This document shows positions 1-8,869 of a DNA stretch of 47,197 nt, one piece after another. Source of the DNA: Bdellovibrionales bacterium (lineage in GTDB: Bacteria > Bdellovibrionota > Bdellovibrionia > Bdellovibrionales > UBA1609); the NCBI GenBank assembly GCA_041690295.1, contig JAWLHR010000022.1, forward strand, positions 1-47,197, read 5' to 3'. The notes beneath the pieces are model-generated. The model was not told the origin of the DNA. It did not search any database and worked only from the letters and a program-made list of their open reading frames with translations. A program made the translations under genes and the position numbers. How positions within the stretch are numbered: position 1 is the stretch's first letter; every line of letters starts with the position of its first letter.

Positions 1-218
1 TCTTGTCATGACAGAATCTCCTATTTCTCTTATCGGAAATCCCGCCGAATTGTTTCAAACTGAGACGTCTAAACTATCCAGTCCGGCGCCCGCACTCCAT
101 ATCTCTCGGTCGCTAAGCCTACCTAAATGAAATACAGCTGAAGGTGATCCGCACAATGGGACCTGTTTTGAAGAAGATGGAGCCCGTCAAAGCTTCAGTT
201 ACGTTCGGGGCCAATATT

Positions 219-2069
219 TTAGGAAGCATCAAGAAACGCCTTCACGTCTGAATAATCAAGGGAGCTTATATCAAGGTTGTCTTCAGAATACAGCTTAACC
301 AGATAATGATAAAAATCCGCAACCAAAAACTTGTTATCAATTCCACGCCGCTGAGCTTGATAGTTCTTCCATGCTCGATTCAAAATTTCCGCATCCGACT
401 TCTTACGAGCTATTGTATGAACGTTTGCGGCTTTTGTTTTTACGAGTTCAAAAATCACATCTGTCGTTGCAACATTCTCTCGGCCAAATGCAGAGCGATT
501 TCCTTTAAATGATTTTTGTACTTTATCAAGACTTAAAGTTCGAACAATCTTTAAATTAGCCTTCCGAAGCGCTGACAAAATCATTGCCCAAACATCTCCA
601 TCTGTGCTGTTAAAAACAAGATGCATTTTTCCATTAGGCTTTAGTACTCGTGCAATTTCTTTAAATGAATCTTCCATCAAAGATCCATATTCGGACAGAG
701 ACTTTCCGCCCTTATCGACCTTCAATGATTTATTTACTACCGCTTCCGCTTCGGTGCTTGTAAGTTTACCCAACCATGCTTCCGCGAGAATGTTGCAATC
801 AGCATAAAAAATGTTTGATCCAAACGGGGGGTCCGTAAAGACGTAGTCAATGGATGCATCCGGAGTACCTCTCAGATTAGTCGCTGAACGCTGGTATAAT
901 TTTACCTGTCCATTTGCCTGCAGTCGCTCCAACGTTTCGTAATACTTTTTCAGAACGTCAATTTTATTCTCGAAAATGCGATAAACGTTCCCTATGCTCC
1001 GTAACTGAGGGATATACAGGGTGCCAGTTAAGGGCCGATGTCCACCGCGAGCATTGTACCGACGCAGCTTTGAACCATGCCACGCTGTATTCGTAAAGGC
1101 GAACATTAGTGCCGCTCTAATGCGACGATCCTTTACCGCAACTATCTTGGAGTACAATCGAGAAAGAGCATTAAGATTTTGCTCGGAATAAAAGTCCGCG
1201 ATAGACCGTATTTGGTGAAGGTGAAGTGCGCACCGTATGTACATTTCTCTATTCGAATTCATAGAGATATCTGCTAGTGGAAGCCGTTTCGCTTTTGGAT
1301 AACGAACCCTCTGCAGTGCCTTTCGCCAACGATTATCGACGACAGCTGTCTCTAGACGTTTAGATCCCTCTCTCCAAAACGCAACAAATGATTCAGTTGC
1401 GCCCACTTTGTCCAAGCTACCAGTTTTGATATAGGTCTCACATTGGGGACAAAGAGGTTTAGAAACGCTATCAAGGGTATCTTCGTCAACAAGCGCATCC
1501 CAAATTGAGAACTTCTTAGAACAATGGTCACACTGAACAACATCAGCCTCTACCAGATAATTTATCTCAACATGCTTTCTCCCTAGTTTTAAGACGTATT
1601 CACTCCCTTCGTTGAAAATCTCGGTTAGAATCTCAGAAGCCACGCGAGCTAGTGCAGCTGGATTGCACTGACGAATGTGATTATAGGTTAAATGCATCGC
1701 TAGAGTTCCAATGTCCGACACTACAGCGTTTCTACCAGTTAGTTTTGCGGCAAGACCTGTCATACCTGATCCGCAAAATGGATCGAGCACGGTAGCCCCT
1801 TCCTTCGTATTCTCAAGGATAAACCACATCACATCTTCAACTGGAACTTTTGTTGGATACGAGTGTGCTACGTAAAAAATTGAGCCCTTTTTATTGCCGG
1901 TTTGTTTGGCTAGTTTTTTTATCTCGACGGACGGGCTCGAAGGACGGTTTCCTTTCTCCGCCATGTTGTCAAACTTTTTCGAAATGTATGTCGACTCAAA
2001 GAAGTTTGATTCCGCGCTCTCGATGAAAGATAGATGGTGCAACTTCCCTGTCGTCTCACTTTTGGACAT
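219..2069 (-). CDS. Amino (N6-A/N4-C) DNA methyltransferase with Zn-ribbon insert
   Basis: SAM-binding motif VLDPFCGSG near the N-terminus and catalytic TDPPF motif later; CDHC...CPQC insert; RVLKPNG motif. Confidence 0.9.
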   Translation of the reverse strand: MSKSETTGKLHHLSFIESAESNFFESTYISKKFDNMAEKGNRPSSPSVEIKKLAKQTGNKKGSIFYVAHSYPTKVPVEDVMWFILENTKEGATVLDPFCGSGMTGLAAKLTGRNAVVSDIGTLAMHLTYNHIRQCNPAALARVASEILTEIFNEGSEYVLKLGRKHVEINYLVEADVVQCDHCSKKFSIWDALVDEDTLDSVSKPLCPQCETYIKTGSLDKVGATESFVAFWREGSKRLETAVVDNRWRKALQRVRYPKAKRLPLADISMNSNREMYIRCALHLHQIRSIADFYSEQNLNALSRLYSKIVAVKDRRIRAALMFAFTNTAWHGSKLRRYNARGGHRPLTGTLYIPQLRSIGNVYRIFENKIDVLKKYYETLERLQANGQVKLYQRSATNLRGTPDASIDYVFTDPPFGSNIFYADCNILAEAWLGKLTSTEAEAVVNKSLKVDKGGKSLSEYGSLMEDSFKEIARVLKPNGKMHLVFNSTDGDVWAMILSALRKANLKIVRTLSLDKVQKSFKGNRSAFGRENVATTDVIFELVKTKAANVHTIARKKSDAEILNRAWKNYQAQRRGIDNKFLVADFYHYLVKLYSEDNLDISSLDYSDVKAFLDAS

Positions 2070-2217
2070 ACTATCTCCCCGGCAGTATCTATAGTGTAAT
2101 TTATTGCCAGCACCTGGCGAATTTCAGTTTGTTGTGGTCCAGATTTTCCAGTTGATAATCCAGGCCTTATCAAGTCCCGGTCTAGCCTGTCCGAGACGTT
2201 AGGACAGGTACATTAAG

Positions 2218-3609
2218 ATGTCTGGCAAATTTCCTTACGGCAAAGAATTCACCCCGCACCGAACACCACTAATGGCTGTTGTCGCTTTGATTTTTTCATC
2301 AAAGGGCAATGCTGATCGCCTAAAACAGATTATTAGAAAGCGATATTGGGATTCTCACAAGATCTCCGCAAAGAATAAGCGGACCCTCGCAATGAATACC
2401 TATCTTACACTAAAATCATATGGTTTAATACATGAAGTAAAGGGTCAAAAGGGCGTCTATCAACATACTCATCTTTGCGACGAATTAATTTCTCTGGCCA
2501 AGAAGAAAGGAGAAAAGGCAGCTCATGACCACTTTGCGGCTAACCTTCTGAAAAACTGCCATGGATATACTCTGCTTAAAGTAATTCAAAACCTAATTGA
2601 TCAAGAAATCGATTTATCACTAGAAACTATCAATCAAGCACTTACTAATTCAGGTCTCTATTTGGCATTAAATTCTGGTTATGTAAGCACTATGAAATCT
2701 TGGCTTAAGCGGGCCGGCGTCTTCGAAAGCGAGACAGGTTATGCAATCAATTGGAAAAAAGCCAACTTATTGATGGGTATAGAAGATAAGAAGTTGTTAG
2801 GCGAAGTATCACACTTGTCACAAGATCAACTCGTGTTCCTTAAAGCCTTGCTAATGATTGGGACAAAAGACTATGTGCCGGTTAATAAAGTTATCGACTA
2901 CTGTAAAAAAACACTCAATATTCAGCTACCAACCAAATCTCTTTCAAACACAGTGGTTTGGCCCCTTAAATTTCAGAGATTCATTTTGGCAAGAAAAACT
3001 ACATCCGGCAGGGGCGCAAAGCCATTAGAAGTTGCTCTTTCGAAGCGAGCCCCAACAGAGACCTTACATGCACTTATTGATCGGTACTTTGGAGCCGATC
3101 AATCCGTTCGGTTACTCGACGCACCTCCCCTTCAAGATGTGTTAAAGAACTTGAAATCTTCAAATAAACATAGAAAAGGTTTAGCACTTGAAGATTTAGC
3201 AGTTTGGATAATACGTTTGCTCGGCTTAACTTTTATCGCGTGGAGACAGCGTTCACCTGAGACTGGGGGGGCTGAAGTCGACGTCGTCGCGGAAAGTGAG
3301 TTTATTAGCAAAAGCAGATGGCTTATCCAATGCAAAAATCAGACGGGGACAGTCGGCCCTAAAGTGATCGCACGTGAGGTTGGGCTATGTATCGCCGATG
3401 GTGCTGACACAATTCTAATAATTACCACAAGCAGATATTCGCCTGACGCTTTCACATTCAGTAGAAAGGTTATGGAGAGATACCCTTTATCAATTTTTTT
3501 GATTGACGGTGTGGGACTTGAAAAAATCAAGGAGGACAGGACAAAAATTATCGAAGTATTAAAGTCACAAAATCATTTGCGAAGTCGTCACCCTAAAGGT
3601 GCTGCGTAA
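2218..3609 (+). CDS. Restriction endonuclease with C-terminal Mrr-type PD-(D/Q)xK domain
   Basis: KGLALEDL...GAEVDVVAE...WLIQCKN...IITTSRYSPDA matches Mrr_cat-type nuclease motifs; divergent from the methyltransferase. Confidence 0.8.
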   Translation: MSGKFPYGKEFTPHRTPLMAVVALIFSSKGNADRLKQIIRKRYWDSHKISAKNKRTLAMNTYLTLKSYGLIHEVKGQKGVYQHTHLCDELISLAKKKGEKAAHDHFAANLLKNCHGYTLLKVIQNLIDQEIDLSLETINQALTNSGLYLALNSGYVSTMKSWLKRAGVFESETGYAINWKKANLLMGIEDKKLLGEVSHLSQDQLVFLKALLMIGTKDYVPVNKVIDYCKKTLNIQLPTKSLSNTVVWPLKFQRFILARKTTSGRGAKPLEVALSKRAPTETLHALIDRYFGADQSVRLLDAPPLQDVLKNLKSSNKHRKGLALEDLAVWIIRLLGLTFIAWRQRSPETGGAEVDVVAESEFISKSRWLIQCKNQTGTVGPKVIAREVGLCIADGADTILIITTSRYSPDAFTFSRKVMERYPLSIFLIDGVGLEKIKEDRTKIIEVLKSQNHLRSRHPKGAA

Positions 3610-3706
3610 GCCAAAAGGCAGTTGAGAAATGTCTCTCCCCAACGTTTTGTACCTATTCTTAAGCCCCTTCAGTTGATCGATTTGCAATAATTTCTATGTA
3701 GTTCCC

Positions 3707-3903
3707 AATCTGATTGTGGCAGATTCTCCCGGTCGCTGCCCGACTGACTCGACCTAATCATTTGCAGGTCCACTTAGGAAGGCAGAGGCTGTTGTTCACA
3801 CCCAAATAGGGTCTCAACAACGGTGGAAAGGACAGAATACTCACCTGCGTCTAAGCATCTCCTTCATCCACACTTTTTTTCGGTCGGTAGCTAATTATCT
3901 GCC
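3707..3903 (+). ncRNA. Candidate structured leader/ncRNA upstream of the GHKL ATPase
   Basis: Six consecutive inverted repeats found by eye, one followed by a T7 tract (3874-3880); no family match recognised. Confidence 0.4.
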
Positions 3904-3929
3904 CCTAGCGGGACAGGAGGAGGAGTTCT

Positions 3930-5798
3930 ATGTCTAACAAAACTTTGAGTATGGAAGTCGACCAGGGTGGCCTTACTTTTCTCATCGAAAACCAAGGTAA
4001 AGATTGCAGCGACTCGCAAATGTACCGTGAGCTTACCCAGAATAGCATCGAAGCAATAATTCGCGGAGATTATGATTCAGGTAAAGTTATTTGGGACGTA
4101 TTCCCAGATTCCGAAAACAAGTTTGGTGCCCCAAAACTTTCTATAATTGATACTGGTATTGGAATGTCCCATGAGGAAATTATTCGGTACATTAATCGTC
4201 TTTCTTCATCAGGAGGCTCTCAAGGTTTCACTGGTAATTTTGGAATCGGAGCAAAAATTGCGGCGGCCACTAGGAACAAAGCGGGAGTAATGTATGAGTC
4301 TTGGAAGGAGGGCGCAAGCGAAGGTGTTTTGGCGGTACTTTGGAAAGATCCGCAATCCGGTCGTTATGGCTTAAAAAGTTTGGACGACAGTGGTGAAACT
4401 TTTGTTTTAAGTATTCCGATTTCTGAGGCGCCCGACGAAATTCGAGCTGCCGGCCGAGGCACACGAGTGACGTTATTTGGTGATAACGAAAATGAAAATA
4501 CGATGATGCCTAAAAGTAGATCAGATATGCCTGGTGGGCGACGTTGGTTGGTTCATTACCTCGAGTCAAAGTATTTCACCTTTCCAAAGAGAGTCAATGT
4601 TGTAGTCAAAGAGGCCCATGGCACAGAGCACGTTCAAGAAAGACGGATAAAAGGCATGAAGGAAAACTTGGATGGAATTTCATCGGCGAAGGGTGTAATG
4701 CCCGTTGATGGCGGTAAAATTCATTGGTGGGTCCTTGACAAAGAGCGAATGGAGAAAAAGAAAAACAGCCTGTTCCCATCAGGTGGTCATTGCGCTTTAA
4801 TCTATCAAGATGAACTGTATAGTATGTTGAAGCTTCGAGCTGGTGCTACAATGCTCCAACAGTTCGGCGTTTCCGTGGCTACAAAGCGAGTAGTTATTTA
4901 CGTCGAACCGAAAAATTCGAGGATTTTACCCTCGACCTCTCGATCGGACTTGAAATTAGATGGTGAACCTTTCCCGTGGGATGTATATGCCGAACAATTT
5001 AGAAATAATCTCCCACATGAAATTCAGCAGCTCATTGACGAAGAAATTGCTAAGCTCGAAACAAGTAATAGTAACCTTGGGAAAATCTGGAAGAAGATTA
5101 AACAGTGGTTTGACTTTCCAAATTATCGTCAGACCCAGATGGGCACGGAATCGCTGATGGCTGCCGGCATGAACTTTGGAGGTTCAAGTGAAAATTCAAT
5201 GGATTACGAGCACCATACTGATCAAGACGATTATGATGAAACTGGTCAAAAATCCTTTCCAGCCCAAGAATTAGGGAAAAGGCCGGGTGACTCAAACACA
5301 AGAATTAACGCTTTTCTAAGGGCAAAGTCAAAATCACCTATTAAGGGAATTATGAGCAACGAAACCTGTTTGCCAAAAATCAATTGGGTTTCTGAAGAGG
5401 ACAATGAAGGTCTGGTTGACCGAGCCGCATCTTATGACCAATTTAATCACGCACTTCTCATTAACAAGGACTTCAGAGGATTCACTTCCTTAATCGACCA
5501 AGTCGTACGTGATTTTGACCATGAGCCGACAGCTAGAACGATAGCGATAAACGCGATGAGGAGTGAGTACGAACTTGTGTTATTCGAAACGGTTCTTGGC
5601 CTATTAAAATTGAGGCAAACTAGCAGCGGGAAATGGACTGCCGATGATTTTAAAGCAGCGACTTCACCGGAAGCTTTAACTGCGGCGGTAATGCCACGAT
5701 ATCATCAAATGCAGGCTATCAAGCGAAGCCTGGCAACAAATATTGGCCGTGAAAAATTTCGAGAACAGGACAGAGCCGCTAAAGAAGCTGTTTGGTAA
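3930..5798 (+). CDS. GHKL (HATPase_c/MORC-like) ATPase
   Basis: Bergerat-fold boxes: YRELTQNSIEA (N), IDTGIGMS (G1), GNFGIGAK (G2), GTRVTL (G3); strong SD GGAGGAGGAG. Confidence 0.8.
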   Translation: MSNKTLSMEVDQGGLTFLIENQGKDCSDSQMYRELTQNSIEAIIRGDYDSGKVIWDVFPDSENKFGAPKLSIIDTGIGMSHEEIIRYINRLSSSGGSQGFTGNFGIGAKIAAATRNKAGVMYESWKEGASEGVLAVLWKDPQSGRYGLKSLDDSGETFVLSIPISEAPDEIRAAGRGTRVTLFGDNENENTMMPKSRSDMPGGRRWLVHYLESKYFTFPKRVNVVVKEAHGTEHVQERRIKGMKENLDGISSAKGVMPVDGGKIHWWVLDKERMEKKKNSLFPSGGHCALIYQDELYSMLKLRAGATMLQQFGVSVATKRVVIYVEPKNSRILPSTSRSDLKLDGEPFPWDVYAEQFRNNLPHEIQQLIDEEIAKLETSNSNLGKIWKKIKQWFDFPNYRQTQMGTESLMAAGMNFGGSSENSMDYEHHTDQDDYDETGQKSFPAQELGKRPGDSNTRINAFLRAKSKSPIKGIMSNETCLPKINWVSEEDNEGLVDRAASYDQFNHALLINKDFRGFTSLIDQVVRDFDHEPTARTIAINAMRSEYELVLFETVLGLLKLRQTSSGKWTADDFKAATSPEALTAAVMPRYHQMQAIKRSLATNIGREKFREQDRAAKEAVW

Positions 5799-6004
5799 CT
5801 ACTCGACTACTATCACTTAACATCCTTCCCTTGCTTAAGGGAAGAAGTGGGGCTGTACTCGGATATTCAATTCGGCTCCATTTCAGATGCATTTAATTGA
5901 GAACGCGACCGGGACTCAAACGGCGATGCCCGAGTGATCACTCAACATCGTCCTTTTGGTCAAAGAATGCGCGAAGCCAAGTTCGCGCATTTCGTTGGAA
6001 GAGA

Positions 6005-6544
6005 TTACTTCAATGCAATCTTTGGAAAGTCGACAGGTACCTCAAAAGCCACATTGGTGTAATTGGTAAAAATATTTAGGGCCACGTAAGCCAGGATTTC
6101 GGCGATCTCCTCTTCGCTGAATCCCGCTGTGCGAAGCGCGTTAACATCGTCTTTCGTGATGTTTGCCCGCTCTTTAACGACCTTCAACGCAAAAGTTAGA
6201 GCGGCTTGAGTCCGCGGATCGGGGGACTTCCCAACCTGAGCCTCGCTCATGGCTTGTGCGGAAACACCGGCTTTCTGCCCTAAAACCGTATGAGCGGATA
6301 AGCAATACTCACATCGGTTGGCGTTGGCCACGGCCACGGCGATTTGTTCGCCAAGGGCGGCCCCGATTTTACCACTGCCTAAGGCGCCAAAGGCTGACCA
6401 CATCATTCTTAGAGCGGCCGGCGAGTTCCCGATCGCCCGGAACATGTTGGGGACCGTTCCGAAGGCCTTATTGATCTCCGCGAAATCAGCGGCATGGCGA
6501 TCATTCTTGGCCTTTTCGGGGTTGAAAAGTTCGATCCAACTCAT
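6005..6544 (-). CDS. AhpD/carboxymuconolactone decarboxylase family peroxidase-related enzyme
   Basis: EQIAVAVANANRCEYCLSAH motif; SD GAGGAGG. Confidence 0.9.
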   Translation of the reverse strand: MSWIELFNPEKAKNDRHAADFAEINKAFGTVPNMFRAIGNSPAALRMMWSAFGALGSGKIGAALGEQIAVAVANANRCEYCLSAHTVLGQKAGVSAQAMSEAQVGKSPDPRTQAALTFALKVVKERANITKDDVNALRTAGFSEEEIAEILAYVALNIFTNYTNVAFEVPVDFPKIALK

Positions 6545-6561
6545 CGATTCCTCCTCGTGAA

Positions 6562-6632
6562 ATTAGTTTAGAATCTAAACTAATAGGAAGAAAAGTATCC
6601 CATTGTCAAATTAGTTTAGATTCGATACTAAT
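6562..6632. promoter_or_regulatory. Two palindromic operators, likely MarR sites
   Basis: Perfect ATTAGTTTAGA-A-TCTAAACTAAT (6562-6584) and degenerate copy ATTAGTTTAGA-T-TCGATACTAAT (6610-6632) between divergent ahpD-like and marR genes. Confidence 0.75.
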
Positions 6633-6638
6633 GGGGCT

Positions 6639-7178
6639 GTGAGTCGTACCCTTGATCTTCTCGAACGTATTTCGGCGCTTCATCGGGCTTTGATGCGAAA
6701 GTTCGCCCAGGATTGGGGCGTGCAATTGGTTCATGTTGAAGTCGTTCATTACTTGAACCGGTGCAATCGATACTCAGATACCACTCAAGCGCTTTCCGAG
6801 TACCTTGGTCAGACCAAAGGCAGTATTTCTCAGACGATTGGATTTTTAGAGGCAGAAGGTTATCTGAAGCGAATTCAGGATAAAACCGATAAGCGCGTTT
6901 TCCATTTGCACCTTTTAGCTAAAGGACGATCGCTTGCCCGAGAATTTGAGAAGCTGTTTTCTTTTCCGCCTAATTTTTTTGAAGATGACCTTTCGCTAGA
7001 AAGAGTGCTGGTTCATTTGCAAAAGGCCAACTCGTTGAAGAGCTTTGATCTTTGTAAGACTTGCCGATTCAACTCAAATCCATCGGGCAGTAGCTTTGTC
7101 TGCGGCTTGACCGGCGAAAAGCTCTCTCATGAAGACGTGGGCAAAATCTGTCGGGAACACCAGCCGATAACTGGTTAA
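6639..7178 (+). CDS. MarR family regulator with C-terminal Cys cluster
   Basis: wHTH (LGQTKGSISQTI...DKRVFHLHL) plus CKTC...C...C tail. Confidence 0.85.
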   Translation: MSRTLDLLERISALHRALMRKFAQDWGVQLVHVEVVHYLNRCNRYSDTTQALSEYLGQTKGSISQTIGFLEAEGYLKRIQDKTDKRVFHLHLLAKGRSLAREFEKLFSFPPNFFEDDLSLERVLVHLQKANSLKSFDLCKTCRFNSNPSGSSFVCGLTGEKLSHEDVGKICREHQPITG

Positions 7179-7189
7179 GCGATTGCCTT

Positions 7190-7232
7190 AAAAAAGAAAA
7201 GCGGCGCAAGGTGCACTCGCGCCGCTTAATTT
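7190..7232. terminator. Intrinsic terminator between convergent genes
   Basis: Stem AAGCGGCGC/GCGCCGCTT flanked by an A-tract (U-tract on minus strand). Confidence 0.7.
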
Positions 7233-7249
7233 CAGAATACATTACTCAA

Positions 7250-8620
7250 TTACGGTTCAGTCTTTTCAAGGTCAACCGCCGTAAAGTTCAAGCCAAGCAG
7301 GCTCTCCCACCACAACGTATTGTCTAGATACTCACTGAAGTTAGCTGGAGTCGTATCCACACGGTAGTCGCCACCAGGAAGGAAAAATGCGAGTTCACCC
7401 TGTGGGATCGTTACGGCCGGCACTGGAGGGCATGCATTAGGCAACGTCTCATCGCCCGGTTGGTAGCAAACCGAATTGAAGGCGGCGAGACCGTTATAAT
7501 CGATGGCCTCTCCGACGTTGTCCTTGTTAGATGTACTGTAGACTTCCGCTGTCATAACGGCGGGCGCCGTCGTCATAGATCCTCTAAGGGTAATCAACTC
7601 CGTACCGAATTTGTCGCTGGGGTCTTTATAAAGGTTCGCATACGCGACTTCGACCTTCTCGGGCATTATAACCGCGGAGTTGTTGAGGTCAGCGTAAATG
7701 CGAATGTGCCGGCTCCAGCCGCCGCTTCCGCCACCGCCACCCGCCTCAATCCGGTCGAAGCGGCCTTCGAATGTGAAGGCATTCGTCGTGGCATCGTACT
7801 TCGCGGCAAAGGCGTCAAACTGTTTCGGATCGTTGATTCCAACAGTATTGACGGCGACTTCGGTAACCCCGCCCGCAGCCTTCAGTTTTGAATCAAAGAT
7901 CATGTCCGTGTCGTCGATCACCTCGTCTTTATTAAGGTCCAGAACAATTCTAACCCTGGCTCCGTAATATGTATCCGGATTCAAATACGCTTTGACGTCC
8001 GCTAAAAAGGAGCACGACGTCGGTCCCTGGCACATTTGTGTCAGTTGATTCGTTGAAAAGCAGTTCGAATCAAACGTGAGCGTCATCCTATCCGGGGTGC
8101 TGGGTTTGGATTGATGCCAGGTGATACCGGAGCGCTCGAGTGCGCAGGTGATGTTATTGACGAGCTGGAAGGCACCCAAGATCGAATCCGAGTTACCGGT
8201 ATTCTTTGCAAGCGCGCAATAGGTGAGTTGACCTGCATACTCGTCGTGCGACGCACTCATGAGACACTCACCATCGACTTCGTTGCCCTTCACGTCGACA
8301 CATTCCTGTCCCGCCAAATCGGGAACCGGAACGAAATCGTCGTCCACGGCGTAAGGAGCTCCGTTCTCATTGCAACGGGTATCCGCACTCATGATGCTTG
8401 GGCCACTCATGGACGCCACTTTGCTCATAACACTGGAAGTGGTGCCCTTGGCGAGTGCGTTTCCAAGCGCGTCGCCCGCGGACTGCGCTTTTGTAGAAAT
8501 TGCGGACAATACGGTTGTCGGCTTCGTCACTGTGACGCTAGGGCCGGCATCCTCCTTCTTGTCCGAGCTACAACCGACGACAAAGACTGTCGTGGCAATC
8601 AATACCACCAACTTTTTCAT
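7250..8620 (-). CDS. Hypothetical Cys-rich lipoprotein
   Basis: Signal peptide MKKLVVLIATTVFVVG-C with lipobox; SD GGGGAA. Confidence 0.75.
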   Translation of the reverse strand: MKKLVVLIATTVFVVGCSSDKKEDAGPSVTVTKPTTVLSAISTKAQSAGDALGNALAKGTTSSVMSKVASMSGPSIMSADTRCNENGAPYAVDDDFVPVPDLAGQECVDVKGNEVDGECLMSASHDEYAGQLTYCALAKNTGNSDSILGAFQLVNNITCALERSGITWHQSKPSTPDRMTLTFDSNCFSTNQLTQMCQGPTSCSFLADVKAYLNPDTYYGARVRIVLDLNKDEVIDDTDMIFDSKLKAAGGVTEVAVNTVGINDPKQFDAFAAKYDATTNAFTFEGRFDRIEAGGGGGSGGWSRHIRIYADLNNSAVIMPEKVEVAYANLYKDPSDKFGTELITLRGSMTTAPAVMTAEVYSTSNKDNVGEAIDYNGLAAFNSVCYQPGDETLPNACPPVPAVTIPQGELAFFLPGGDYRVDTTPANFSEYLDNTLWWESLLGLNFTAVDLEKTEP

Positions 8621-8723
8621 GCAACGTTCCCCCTTCTATTTAGTTGCGGTGATCAGAACGCAGTTATGTCTTGATTGAAATTAGTGTAGAAGTTGGATGG
8701 TTTGTTCACAAGCGCGAAACAGA

Positions 8724-8788
8724 TTGTGAGCGCATTTTGATTCAAAGAATATCGAGTGATTTGTAAAGCGCTCACAATGTGAGCGCTT
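8724..8788. promoter_or_regulatory. LacI-type operator-like palindrome cluster
   Basis: Perfect AAGCGCTCACA-A-TGTGAGCGCTT (8766-8788) plus an extra TTGTGAGCGC half-site (8724-8733). Confidence 0.5.
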
Positions 8789-8869
8789 CCTTGATCCCGA
8801 TTGATACGATCTGGATTTTTCGTCTGAACCTCTAACGATTGCGAAACTCTTTGTTCCTCTAGCGAAGAT

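Noticed and set aside
3700..3850. Cobalamin riboswitch in the ATPase leader (CCACTTAGGAAGG, CAGAATAC..CCTGC fragments)
   Set aside because: The 5' AGGGAA/GGTG..AA.TCC core and the CCC.C.ACTGT segment are not present, and the downstream gene is unrelated to B12.
5825..5844. Intrinsic terminator after the GHKL ATPase (CTTCCCTT/AAGGGAAG)
   Set aside because: The stem is present but has no U-tract on either strand, so it is not called.
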